From an uncultured Acidobacteriaceae bacterium (GTDB taxonomy: Bacteria > Acidobacteriota > Terriglobia > Terriglobales > Acidobacteriaceae): a stretch of DNA of 64,000 nt. The notes beneath the pieces were generated by a model. The model made no database searches. It was not told where the DNA came from and worked only from the letters and a program-made list of their open reading frames with translations. Location: positions 453,425 to 517,424 of the forward strand of contig CAVZYS010000014.1 of the NCBI GenBank assembly GCA_963779555.1. Reading direction: 5' to 3'. Position 1 is the stretch's first letter, and every line of letters begins with the position of its first letter. This document shows positions 1-9,509 of the stretch, in pieces. The position numbers and the translations under genes were made by a program.

Positions 1-255
1 GTACCACGCCCCGGTTTCGTGCCGGATAGCCTGCACCAGAAGCGCGCCACATTGTTTCGCAGCCGCCAACAGCAGCGCGGGAATTCGCTCGGCGTCGCTG
101 GGGTGGATCATGAAGTCTACGTCAGAGGTGATCACCTCCGGATACCCCTGGAATCCATTCAGCAGGCAGTACGGAATCCGGGCCCCATTCATCTGCTCGA
201 GAAATGCTTCCAGCAATTCCTTCCGTGCGGCATCGATGCGCGCGGCGGTGGTCAT
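1..255 (-). CDS. hypothetical protein, N-terminal part (gene runs off the window start)
   Basis: Hand translation of the minus strand from ATG at 255..253 stays open to position 1 (MTTAARIDAARKELLEAFLEQMNGARIPYCLLNGFQGYPEVITSDVDFMIHPSDAERIPALLLAAAKQCG...). It is absent from the ORF track because it has no stop in the window. Same orientation as the upstream EPS operon. Confidence 0.5.
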   Translation of the reverse strand, partial: MTTAARIDAARKELLEAFLEQMNGARIPYCLLNGFQGYPEVITSDVDFMIHPSDAERIPALLLAAAKQCGALLVQAIRHETGAWY

Positions 256-320
256 GGGCTGGAGACCCTGCGAACCTCTGTCCTGTCTGCCATTCACTTC
301 TGGTAACGAAAGCGCAGCCG

Positions 321-1425
321 TCACGCCGCAGCCCCCCGGCGTAGCGCCAGCGTATTGCTGACGAACCGCGCTCGCTCGCGATTGTTCTCACGAATGCATT
401 CCAGGTACGAGTTGACCAGGTACGCGGTTTCCAGTTTGTAGGTCTGTTGTGGATTCAATCCCATCCGACTCGCTACGTCGCAGAACTCTGCCGCGTGCAG
501 TCTGGGGCGCTGGTCGAATAGCCAGTCCTGCATATGCTGAAAGTGGAACGCGTCCTGGAGCGGCAGTCCTTTTCGCTGAGCACTTTCCCAGTCCAATAGC
601 CCCCGACTCCCGTCGCTCAGTCGCTTGATGTTCCATGGCGTGAAGTCACCGTGTTCCCAACATGCCGGCAATGGCGAATCGTCTCGCAGTTCGTCGATCG
701 CAGCGGCTAGCCGGCCTGCTCCCCGGAACGTTGTCGCCGATGGAAACGACTTCCTGGGCCCACTTTGCCGAGTGATCCTCTAGCGTCGTGGTTTCGCCCG
801 GCAGCAGCAACGACTCCAAGAGCCGCCAAACTTCCGGCGCCAGCTTTCGCGATCCGGGGCGCCCCACCATGAACGTTTGCGTCGTAATCGCCCGCGCCCA
901 GTCGACATGCAGCAACCGGGGCGAATGCTCGTAGCGCTCGCTGGCAAGCACCTCAAGCACGTCCGCCTCATGCCGCAGCGCAATTTTCGCCTCATCTGTC
1001 AGCGGAACCTTCACCACCGCTCTGCATGTGCCCGAGGCCCGATCCACGAGGTGGACCACTGATTTCCTTCTCGGGCCGGGCGTGCCCAGGTAGATCACCG
1101 GTATCGGTGGTTCAATGCCGCGCCACCCCAGCGATTCCCAGTTCGCCCCGCGCGTCCCCTCGACCTCAATTACCGATGCGCCCGGAATCTCCGTCGTTCG
1201 TCCCAAACGGTTTGCAGCACGCACCGCTGTCCAGGCCACGCGCGACCACACGCGGTACGGGGACCAGCTCGCCAGCATGCTTCCGATCTCCGGACTCGCC
1301 GCCGGCAGCAGCCAGCGCGCTGTGTCGTTCCCCGGAACAGCGACATAGGTTGCTAAATCCACCGAGTTTCGCCCATCGTGCAATTGCCGGAATATTTGAT
1401 TCGCAATCTCTGTCGCAGCCATCAT
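321..1425 (-). pseudogene. aminoglycoside/choline-kinase-like phosphotransferase, frame-disrupted
   Basis: ORF 646..1425 is the N-terminal kinase-like part. ORF 321..671 carries the HGDFTPWNI catalytic-loop motif of APH/ChoK-type kinases. The downstream frame stays open upstream to 779 (…AGRLAAAIDELRDDSPLPACWEHGDF). The junction lies near the C-run at 721..724. Confidence 0.6.
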
Positions 1426-2144
1426 GCGATCTCGTAGCGTTGTCTGTACCGCGACAGACGAAATTCGATGATGCGATCGAGAACGTCCCTCACCACATCT
1501 CTCAGCGGACGGGACGCGTCTACCACGGCCACATTTGGCAATTTCTCGAATCGCGTCGCATAGCCCGTCCGCTGCCGCTTTGACTCGGCCGCTGTCACCT
1601 CAGTCTTCCGCCCTTGCAGCACTCTCGCCGGAGCATCCAGCACGACGTACAAGTCAGGTTTGGGAATCAGTCTCGCAATGAGCTCCGTAATGCGTTGGCA
1701 CGACGGCGGAAGCCGATATCGCCGGGGATCGACCAGGCAATCGGGAAAGTATCGGTCGAACAAAATCAGTTTGCCCCGCGCGATTTCCGGACGAACCCTC
1801 GCCAGGTAGGCCAGCCAGTTCGTAATCAACAAATAAAACAACTTGAAGAGGGAAATCAGGGTCCCGCGCACCCGCTGTCCATGGGGATCGACATTCGCAC
1901 CCAGCAAGGCCCTGCCCCGTAGAAACGCGGGACGCAAATGGTGGGAATCGCATCCCCTGAATCCCGTTGAGCCCCCATTCGCAATCCCTTCGATCACGGC
2001 CGACTTTCCCGCCCCATCCGGCCCCAGCAGCACAACCCACAACCCGCGTTGCTCGCTGTGCGAGAGCGGATTCCCGCGCGCCCTTTGCACCAACATTCGA
2101 CCCGCGCTGCGATATCGCGTAACCAACATCGCCAAGCGACTCAT
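1422..2144 (-). CDS. P-loop NTPase, thymidylate-kinase-like
   Basis: Walker A motif LLGPDGAGKS. Start moved to the ATG at 2144 (MSRLAMLV...) because the longer ORF overlaps the upstream export gene. The 4-nt overlap with the next gene suggests an operon. Confidence 0.6.
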   Translation of the reverse strand: MSRLAMLVTRYRSAGRMLVQRARGNPLSHSEQRGLWVVLLGPDGAGKSAVIEGIANGGSTGFRGCDSHHLRPAFLRGRALLGANVDPHGQRVRGTLISLFKLFYLLITNWLAYLARVRPEIARGKLILFDRYFPDCLVDPRRYRLPPSCQRITELIARLIPKPDLYVVLDAPARVLQGRKTEVTAAESKRQRTGYATRFEKLPNVAVVDASRPLRDVVRDVLDRIIEFRLSRYRQRYEIA

Positions 2145-2166
2145 TTTAAAATCGCGGGACTGCCAG

Positions 2167-3195
2167 TTATAGGCGTCCGTAGAGCACCGCTCCCACGGCC
2201 ATTTGCAAAGCCGACGACAGGCCCTTGTTCGTCCAGTCCTTCGCACCACTGAGCGGCACAAACACGATGTCTCCGTCCTGCAGCTTCAGGTCCGGAGCCT
2301 GGTTGACCAAAATTTTGTTTAGCGCGAGCTGCGTCTCCGTGCGTCCACCCGAACTATTCCGGATCAGAAATCCATTCGACTTGGCGGTGCGATTCATTCC
2401 TTGCGCCATCGCCAGCGCCTGCAGCACGGTTACGCTATCCTTGCCTTCGACCACGTATCCACCCGGCTTGCCGACGTCGCCAATCACATACACCACCCCC
2501 GCCCGCAATACGACGATGCGATCTCCCGGCAGCACCTCGACATCGTTCTCCAGCGCGTCGCCGTGTGCGCTTACGAGGTTTACTGTGACCGTGTCCCACG
2601 ATGGAGCGCCGTGCGTGATGTTGACCGACCGCGAGGCGTACGGCGTAAGGCCCCCCGCCATCGAGATGAAGTCGAGCACGCCATGCTTTCCCGTCAACGG
2701 ATAAATCCCCGGCTGTTTAACCTCGCCCATCACGTTCACCCCCTGCGTCGCGTACTCCAACACCAGCACCGTGACATGCGGATTCTTCAGAATGTCGCGG
2801 TCGCGCAGAAATCGCTCCACCGCTACCGCCGCCTGCTCCGCCGTCAGTCCTTGCACCGGGACCGCTCCACCCAGCGGCAGCGAAATCTCTCCCCGACTGT
2901 CGACCCGAAATTTGCCCGACAGCTCCGGTGTGTCGAAAGTCGTGATCTCCAACAGGTCGCCGGTATCCAACCGGAGCGCCGCCGCGCGCGCCTGGGATGG
3001 CGACTTTGCCCGTTCGCTGCCCGGCATCGCCGTATTTTGTTGCGTCGGTTGCGCGGCATTTGCCGCGGGAAGGCCCACCTGCGCGATGAGAGTACCACTC
3101 ATCACCAGCCCTATAGCGAGAAACAATCCGCATGCGATAGCTGATCGCACTCGCCGAGCCGGCCAACTACGCCATGTAATCCGGACCATAGCCAT
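2167..3195 (-). CDS. polysaccharide export protein (Wza-like, SLBB domains)
   Basis: Signal/TM segment, then typical Poly_export/SLBB sequence (LEITTFDTPELSGKFRVDSRGEISLPLGG..., VNVMGEVKQPGIYPLTG, VYVIGDVGKPGGYVVEG). Confidence 0.8.
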   Translation of the reverse strand: MAMVRITWRSWPARRVRSAIACGLFLAIGLVMSGTLIAQVGLPAANAAQPTQQNTAMPGSERAKSPSQARAAALRLDTGDLLEITTFDTPELSGKFRVDSRGEISLPLGGAVPVQGLTAEQAAVAVERFLRDRDILKNPHVTVLVLEYATQGVNVMGEVKQPGIYPLTGKHGVLDFISMAGGLTPYASRSVNITHGAPSWDTVTVNLVSAHGDALENDVEVLPGDRIVVLRAGVVYVIGDVGKPGGYVVEGKDSVTVLQALAMAQGMNRTAKSNGFLIRNSSGGRTETQLALNKILVNQAPDLKLQDGDIVFVPLSGAKDWTNKGLSSALQMAVGAVLYGRL

Positions 3196-4045
3196 TTTCG
3201 TCGTTCACTCCGCCTCGCCCATAAGCGCAGTAGTAGTGATTTTCGTATCGCTGATCGACGCCGTTCACCACCACCCCCGCAACCTTCGCGTTGGCTCTCA
3301 CCAAAAGGTCATACGTTCTGCGCAGCGCGTGCCGCGTGGTTCCTGACGCCATTGCCACAAGCACGACCGAGTCAGCTTGCGCCGCCAGCACCACTGCGTC
3401 TGTCACCATCGCCACCGGGGGCGTGTCGATCACGATGTGGTCATATTCATTGCGCCAGCGGCGTAGGGACGCTGTCATTGCGTCCGACGCCAAGGCTTCC
3501 GCCGGATACGGCACCGTCGCGCCCGAACTGACCACCGACAGGTGGGGAATGTTTTCCACTGTCACTACTGCTTCGTCCGCCGTGCAGCGTCCGCTCAGGA
3601 TGTCGCCAAGCCCCGGATCCTTCCGTATTCCCAAATTGTGGTGCACGGAGGACCGCCGCAGGTCCCCATCGATCAGCAGCACTCGCGTCCCTTGTTGTGC
3701 CATGACGGTCGCGCAATTCACCGCCGTCAGTGTCTTTCCTTCGGACGGCGATGCGCTGGTAATTATCAGCACCTTGGCGTTGCCGTCGGCACCCAGCAGC
3801 AGGGAACTGCGCAATGTGCGGTACGACTCCGCCGCCCTCGAGTACGGATGTGCCTGCGTGATTACGTTCCACCCAGGTTCGCAGTCGATCACATGTGGCC
3901 AGCGCAGCCAACCCCTGACCGCACCACCCATCCACGGTATGGTTGCCAGCGACGCAACTCCGCACAGTGCCTCCACCTCTTCCCCGGACCGGACCGTTGT
4001 GTCCATCGCTTCCAATACCACCGCACTCAGCGTACCCAACAGCAC
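3167..4045 (-). CDS. CpsD/CapB-type tyrosine-protein kinase domain (C-terminal half of a Wzc-like protein)
   Basis: Walker A ITSASPSEGKT, Walker A' LLIDGDLRR and Walker B VIDTPP. It begins with GTG inside a hydrophobic helix and overlaps the upstream ORF by 19 nt in another frame. Confidence 0.75.
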   Translation of the reverse strand: MLLGTLSAVVLEAMDTTVRSGEEVEALCGVASLATIPWMGGAVRGWLRWPHVIDCEPGWNVITQAHPYSRAAESYRTLRSSLLLGADGNAKVLIITSASPSEGKTLTAVNCATVMAQQGTRVLLIDGDLRRSSVHHNLGIRKDPGLGDILSGRCTADEAVVTVENIPHLSVVSSGATVPYPAEALASDAMTASLRRWRNEYDHIVIDTPPVAMVTDAVVLAAQADSVVLVAMASGTTRHALRRTYDLLVRANAKVAGVVVNGVDQRYENHYYCAYGRGGVNDENGYGPDYMA

Positions 4046-5397
4046 CCCGCGCCCAGACCCATTCCAAGCACCAGTGGAACCCGCGGCTCGACCGGCTCCG
4101 ACGGCACCTGCGCGATGTCCACGACTCCAATGTTGGCCGAAGCCAGCCCTGCCGAAATCCCTGCTTCCTTCAGCTTTCGTTGCAGGGTCTCGTACAGGTC
4201 ACGCGTGGTTTCGACTTCGTGCTTCAGGATCGCGTACTGTGCGGCTCCATGATTCAGCTCGTAAGTTTTTTGCTTTTGCTCCTCGAATGCGGCGCGCAGC
4301 ATTTTCTCGGAATTTGCCGCCGCCAGGTAATCGTTCTTGTAGCGCTCGCCCAACCTGGTCAACTGCACATCAATCGCCCGGTCGACTTGCGCCACCTGGT
4401 TCGTCACCTCCGCCAGCTTGGGATAGCCATTTCCGAACTTCGTGCTGAGCTGCGTGTATTGCAGGCGCAACTCCGCCTCCTGCGTGCGCAACAACTGCAA
4501 CGTCGGGTCCGGAGCGGAGGAGGCCAATAGCTCCGGATCGCCCGAGGTTGCAATGCGGTACCGCGCTTCTTTGACCACTCTGTCCGATTCCGCGGCCGTC
4601 AGTTGTTCATCCAACTGCTTGAGCTTGTCAGTCACCGTGTTGCTCGTCTCGTCCGCGCCAATCAGGCCGGTGGTCCGCTGCAGTTCCGCGAGCTTTTCCT
4701 GCGATTCGCTGGCTTTGTTCTTCAGGTCGTCCATCTGGGTCGAAAGCCAGTTGGAAACCTGCATGGTTGAGTCGTAGCTGGTGCGGATCTTCCTTTCCGT
4801 GTATGAGTTGATGATGGCGTTCACCACCTCCGCCGAGAGCTCCGGGTTTCTCGCCTTGAATCGCACCGTAATAATGTCGGTTTTGGGGACCACGCTGACG
4901 CTTAAGCTGCGCTGAAACCGCCCCAGCAGTTGGTCTCGTACCTCAGGCGGCAGCGAATCCACTGGCCGGGTGTTGTGCTGGGTCCACCGGCCCGAGAAAT
5001 CGCTACGCTGCGCGATTTGCAACTGCCGCATCACCTCCAGTGCGATGGCGTTGCTCTGCAGCATCTGTACCGCGCTCTGCAGTTGTGTGTTCGCGTCCGC
5101 TGGACTGAAGACCTTGGCCGCCATCTCGTCCAATCCCAGTGAGTTTGACCCCGCCGGTCGCACCTCGATCTGCGCACCGGCCTCGAATTGCGGGGCCTTC
5201 ACCAGCAGGTAACCCCCAGCGAGCAGCAAGCAAGTCACCGTCCAGCCCGCAATTAACCAGCGGTAATGGCGGAACATGCGACGCACTTCTGCCACCAACA
5301 CCTCGTCGAACGGGTTGCCAACCACGGCCGGCAGCCCTGATCGCCTGCTCTGTCTAACGATCAGTTGCCCGCTGGGGAGTTCCGGGGGATTGTTCAT
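4027..5397 (-). CDS. Wzz/GumC-type chain-length determinant domain (N-terminal half of a Wzc-like protein)
   Basis: TM1 (WLIAGWTVTCLLLAGGYLLV), a long coiled-coil periplasmic region, and an end in the middle of TM2 (PLVLGMGLGAG...). Start set at MNNPPELPSG (5397). The longer Arg-rich extension to 5550 overlaps ugd. Confidence 0.7.
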   Translation of the reverse strand: MNNPPELPSGQLIVRQSRRSGLPAVVGNPFDEVLVAEVRRMFRHYRWLIAGWTVTCLLLAGGYLLVKAPQFEAGAQIEVRPAGSNSLGLDEMAAKVFSPADANTQLQSAVQMLQSNAIALEVMRQLQIAQRSDFSGRWTQHNTRPVDSLPPEVRDQLLGRFQRSLSVSVVPKTDIITVRFKARNPELSAEVVNAIINSYTERKIRTSYDSTMQVSNWLSTQMDDLKNKASESQEKLAELQRTTGLIGADETSNTVTDKLKQLDEQLTAAESDRVVKEARYRIATSGDPELLASSAPDPTLQLLRTQEAELRLQYTQLSTKFGNGYPKLAEVTNQVAQVDRAIDVQLTRLGERYKNDYLAAANSEKMLRAAFEEQKQKTYELNHGAAQYAILKHEVETTRDLYETLQRKLKEAGISAGLASANIGVVDIAQVPSEPVEPRVPLVLGMGLGAGCCWVR

Positions 5398-6889
5398 TGT
5401 GAATTCCGGGTCGTAATACCGTGGGCGACCGCGCCTCCACGTTCGTCTGCGCCGCAGCCGCAATGCGCGCCACCGTGTAACCCATCGCGGTAGGGAGTCC
5501 GAACTGCGCCGCCAGTGGTCTTGTCGCCGCCGGCGACGCGCGTCCCACACTGTGGTACACGAAACCGGCTGCGACCATTTCCTCCGGCGAGAACAGATTT
5601 CGTCCGTCGAAGATGACAGGAGCCTTCATCACGGAATGAAGCTTCTGTAGATCCAGCTTCGCGAACTGCCGCCAAGCTGTCAGAACTAGCAGAGCGTCGC
5701 TGCCGCGCGCCGCCTGATACGGGTCGTCCGAGTAGGTGATCTGCGCGCTCGGCAGCACTTCACGCGTTCTCGCCATCGCCGCAGGATCGTGCGCGCATAC
5801 CAGTGCGCCCTGCCGCACCAACTCGCGCACAATCGTGATGGCAGGTGACTCGCGCACGTCATCGGTGTCTTCCTTGAACGCCAGACCGAGCACCCCGATG
5901 CGCTTTCCTGCCAGAGGCCCGAGCAGGCGCTGCACCTTTTCCACGAACCCCGTCCGCTGTTCTTCGTTGATCTGTGCCACCTGCCGCAGCAGCGGGAAAT
6001 CGACCCCGCAACGGCGGGCAACCGCTTCGAACGCTGCCACGTCTTTGGGAAAGCACGATCCGCCATAGCCGATCCCAGCCCGCAGGAACTCGCTGCCAAT
6101 GCGCGGGTCTGAGCCCATTCCCGCGCAAACCTCGTCGATATCGGCGCCCACTTTCTCCGCCAGTCGCGCCACCGTGTTGATGTAGGAAATCTTGGTCGCC
6201 AGGAACGCATTCGAGGCGTGCTTGATCAACTCGGCGCTCTTTGCGCTGGTCATCAGCAGACGCACCCGGCCCTGGTTTCTTGCCGGACGCGGCACCGCGT
6301 CTTCTCGGCGGTAATAGCCGCCGCTCGACAGCGGCCGGTAGACTTCCCTCAGCATGAAGCGGCCGAACTCGTCGTCTGCGCCGACTACGATGCGGTCGGG
6401 ATACAGGAAATCGGTGATCGCGCTTCCTTCCCGCAGAAATTCCGGGTTCGATGCCACCGAAAACCATCCGGCGCGCGCGCCATTGAGCAAGAGCAACTCG
6501 CGTAATGCCTCGCAAGTGCATACTGGAACCGTGCTCTTTTCCACCACCAGCGTGGAACGGTGCAGCACGGGAGCAATCTCCTTCGCCGCGGTTTCGATTT
6601 GCGAGAGGTCCGCCTCGCCGCTCCCGCTCTGCGGAGTGCCGACCGCCAGGAAAACCACGTCCGAAGAAGTTACCGCCGCCCGGGGAAACGACGAAAACCG
6701 CAGCCGCTTGCCGCTGTGACGTTGTAGCAATTCCGGGAGCAGCGATTCGTAAATAGGAACTTCGCCCCGTGTCAGCGCGGCGATCTTCTCCCTATCCGAG
6801 TCGACCGCGATTACCTGGTGCCCCATTTCGGCCAGGCACACCGCCGAAACCAACCCGACGTATCCCGAACCTATAACCGTGATCAGCAT
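5354..6889 (-). CDS. ugd: UDP-glucose 6-dehydrogenase
   Basis: MLITVIGSGYVGLVSAVCLAEMGH Rossmann start, EKSTVP, NPEFLREG and GGSCFPKD catalytic-Cys motifs. About 65 extra C-terminal residues follow the usual ...YHSVGR end. Confidence 0.9.
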   Translation of the reverse strand: MLITVIGSGYVGLVSAVCLAEMGHQVIAVDSDREKIAALTRGEVPIYESLLPELLQRHSGKRLRFSSFPRAAVTSSDVVFLAVGTPQSGSGEADLSQIETAAKEIAPVLHRSTLVVEKSTVPVCTCEALRELLLLNGARAGWFSVASNPEFLREGSAITDFLYPDRIVVGADDEFGRFMLREVYRPLSSGGYYRREDAVPRPARNQGRVRLLMTSAKSAELIKHASNAFLATKISYINTVARLAEKVGADIDEVCAGMGSDPRIGSEFLRAGIGYGGSCFPKDVAAFEAVARRCGVDFPLLRQVAQINEEQRTGFVEKVQRLLGPLAGKRIGVLGLAFKEDTDDVRESPAITIVRELVRQGALVCAHDPAAMARTREVLPSAQITYSDDPYQAARGSDALLVLTAWRQFAKLDLQKLHSVMKAPVIFDGRNLFSPEEMVAAGFVYHSVGRASPAATRPLAAQFGLPTAMGYTVARIAAAAQTNVEARSPTVLRPGIHNEQSPGTPQRATDR

Positions 6890-6921
6890 GATTGTCGTTC
6901 AGTCGCAGAAGACCCGCGCAC

Positions 6922-8445
6922 TCACACTCCCCGAAACGCGAACACGCACGTGTGAAGCAGGATTGCCACATCCATCATGAGATTGCGGTTCCGTACGTAA
7001 TACAGGTCGTACGAAATGTTCTGATGGATTGGCGAGGAGCGATCGGCGCTGAGCTGCCACAGTCCCGTGATTCCCGGCTTCACGGCCAGCCGCCGCCAAT
7101 GAATCTCTTCGTACTGTTCCACGATGAACGGCATCTCCGGACGCGGGCCCACTAGCGACATCGCTCCCTGCATTACGTTCAGCAATTGCGGCAACTCGTC
7201 GATGCAGGTGTGCCGCAGGAACCGTCCCACAGGCGTGATGCGGGGATCACACCCGCTCTTGGGCGAATAAGCGTAGCGGTCGCTGTCCTGGTACATCGTG
7301 CGGAACTTGTACATGTAAAAAAGTACACCGTCGCGTCCCACCCGCTGCTGCTTGAAAATCGCTGGTCCCTTCGAGGTCAACTTCACCGCCACTACCGCGG
7401 CAGCCATCACCGGGGCCAACAACAGCAACAAGATCGTGGACGCGGCAACGTCCAGCGCCCGTTTTGCTGTCTCATACAATTGTCGTCTGCTGCGCGTCGC
7501 CCTATGTGCCAGCATTACGCCGTCCACTTCCACATATTCCATCGCGTATCCCGGCTCTAGAGTCGGCTCAGGAGCGACATAAGCGGTTGCTCCTGCGGCT
7601 TCTGCCTGCAAAGCAATCGCGGCCGATTCTTCCGGCCTAAGCTCGGGTGCCGCGATGATAAGCACGCTCGCTTCCAGCCTGCGCAGCAACTTGGGCGTGA
7701 CCGGCCCGGGTAGAACGGTTGCCTGGTGTTTGCGCTGATACGACGCTTCGTAGATCACCTCTTCCGTGAATGTCTGCTCAGCCTCGACGAACGCCACCGG
7801 ATCGAGTCCGAGTTTCGGCGAGCGCACCAGCGTCGAGAAAATACTGCGTCCCATGGCCCCTGTCCCCAGGATCACCGCCTTGCGCATGAGGGCTCCCCGG
7901 CGCCGGACAATTTCAATGGCAGCATGTGTCTGCCATTTTTCCAGGGCCAGCAGCAGTGGCACCATCACCAGCGCCAAAGCGATGGCGGCGCGAGGAAGCG
8001 TTTTCGTCACCGCCAGCAGGATCGGCAGCGCCAGCAGAAACCCAGCGATCGTGACGCGTAGCAACCGTTCTGTCTCGCGAACCGCCAGCAGGCTGAGACA
8101 CGGCCGATAGTCGCCGTGCTTGTCAAGCAGCAGTACCATCAGCAGGGCGAAGCCCGCCGCCGTCGCCAGAACGGCATCATTGGCATAATGCGCGCGCGGT
8201 CCTTCGCGCCAGGCTGCACTGATCCAGTAGGCCGACCACACCGCCGCCCCCGCTGCAAGAAAGTCCAGCAACCGTTCCAACAAGCCGATCAGGATTTCCA
8301 CGCGACGCATGTTGTCGGTCGTCATCCCGATCCGCACACCCGATTGCGCGGGAAATGCAATGACCGAACTCAGTGACGCTGTGCCTGGATACTGTGTCGA
8401 ACTCATTGTGAAAGTAGTCAGGCTCGACCGCCCCGCGGCATGCAC
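6922..8445 (-). CDS. polyprenyl-phosphate glycosyl-phosphotransferase (WbaP/EpsB-type priming sugar transferase)
   Basis: N-terminal TM helices plus the C-terminal bacterial sugar-transferase domain (KRALDVAASTILLLLLAPVM...SKGPAIFKQQRVGRDGVLFYMYKFRTM...PGITGLWQ). Start uncertain (alternatives 8406, 8325). Confidence 0.85.
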   Translation of the reverse strand: MHAAGRSSLTTFTMSSTQYPGTASLSSVIAFPAQSGVRIGMTTDNMRRVEILIGLLERLLDFLAAGAAVWSAYWISAAWREGPRAHYANDAVLATAAGFALLMVLLLDKHGDYRPCLSLLAVRETERLLRVTIAGFLLALPILLAVTKTLPRAAIALALVMVPLLLALEKWQTHAAIEIVRRRGALMRKAVILGTGAMGRSIFSTLVRSPKLGLDPVAFVEAEQTFTEEVIYEASYQRKHQATVLPGPVTPKLLRRLEASVLIIAAPELRPEESAAIALQAEAAGATAYVAPEPTLEPGYAMEYVEVDGVMLAHRATRSRRQLYETAKRALDVAASTILLLLLAPVMAAAVVAVKLTSKGPAIFKQQRVGRDGVLFYMYKFRTMYQDSDRYAYSPKSGCDPRITPVGRFLRHTCIDELPQLLNVMQGAMSLVGPRPEMPFIVEQYEEIHWRRLAVKPGITGLWQLSADRSSPIHQNISYDLYYVRNRNLMMDVAILLHTCVFAFRGV

Positions 8446-8554
8446 CGCAGGGCGATCGAGGTTGGGGGATGGTTAGTGGTTTGGGGTTTGCTTCGGTCAG
8501 AACTTGTATTCCCGGGAGGGTTACACAAACATCTGCTTAGCTCCCGGAGGTGGC

Positions 8555-9118
8555 TCACGTCATTACCTCGACATCTGCGCCATCGAGGTCCACCGACACT
8601 GCCTGCATAATCTGCTCCACGCTGACCACGAGGCGCGTCGCGTTCTTCTTGTAGGCCAGGACACCTTCCCATCCCTCGAACGGCCCGTGCTTTACCCGCA
8701 CCCGCTGGCCTACACGCAGAAACGCATGGGGCTCCACTTCGTCTGGACGCGCGGCACACTCGCGGAGCATGGCAACGTCTTCGCAGCGCAACGCCGCCGG
8801 TTTGCCCGCCACCGACACGATGTTGACCACGCCCGCGGTCTGCAGCACGCGTACCCGTTCATGGTTGCTGACGTGAACAAAAACATAGCCGGGAAACAAC
8901 GGCGCCTTCACTCGCTTTACCCGGTCACTCCAGCGTACGCTGCGTACAAACGATGGGAGCAGAAACGCGAGGTTCTTGCTCTCCAGTTGACCTGCCACCG
9001 CGTACTCATGACTCGCCCGCGTGTAAGCTGCCAACCAGTGTCGCTCTGTCTCCGCTCCCATATCGCCGCCGTAAGACTTTTCTGCCGCCGCGTGCGGCTC
9101 CGCCATTCCCAGTCCCAA
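8555..9118 (-). CDS. NusG-paralog transcription antiterminator (UpxY/RfaH-like)
   Basis: NGN-like start (WLAAYTRASHEYAVAGQLESKNL...PLFPGYVFVH) and a KOW-like end (GQRVRVKHGPFEGWEGVL). First gene of the EPS operon. Start may be the internal ATG at 9061. Confidence 0.75.
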   Translation of the reverse strand: MGLGMAEPHAAAEKSYGGDMGAETERHWLAAYTRASHEYAVAGQLESKNLAFLLPSFVRSVRWSDRVKRVKAPLFPGYVFVHVSNHERVRVLQTAGVVNIVSVAGKPAALRCEDVAMLRECAARPDEVEPHAFLRVGQRVRVKHGPFEGWEGVLAYKKNATRLVVSVEQIMQAVSVDLDGADVEVMT

Positions 9119-9509
9119 TACTCTGGATTTCTACTACCAAACTTCACATCGGGCACACCGTAATAAACTTGGCTCTGACCACTGAGGGACTTCGCTGCTT
9201 TTGCAGTGTTGGCATTTATGAGAGAGGCTCGAACGCTTGCGGGCCCCGGCAGTGGCTTTTCGGTGCCGTCTTTAGCGGAGCACGTCACCTGCCACACCGC
9301 GACGGGACTCGTAACCGCTGTTGAATCCGTATTTCCGCGTCTTTTCCCGATTCGACCCGCTTCGCCACGTTGTCCAATTTCTAGAAATCGAACGGGAATT
9401 TGTCCAAACTCTGGACGCACGTTCGACGAAGTTCGGTCACCAGACCCCGACTCCCCCATTGCGGCACCTCTCCCACACACTCGCTCGTTTGTGATACAAC
9501 TCTGCTGAT

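Noticed and set aside
8504-9163. 219-aa + strand ORF and the 8917..9528 minus-strand ORF near the operon leader
   Set aside because: They overlap the NusG-like gene in the antisense direction or extend across the intergenic leader, and neither has recognisable motifs.
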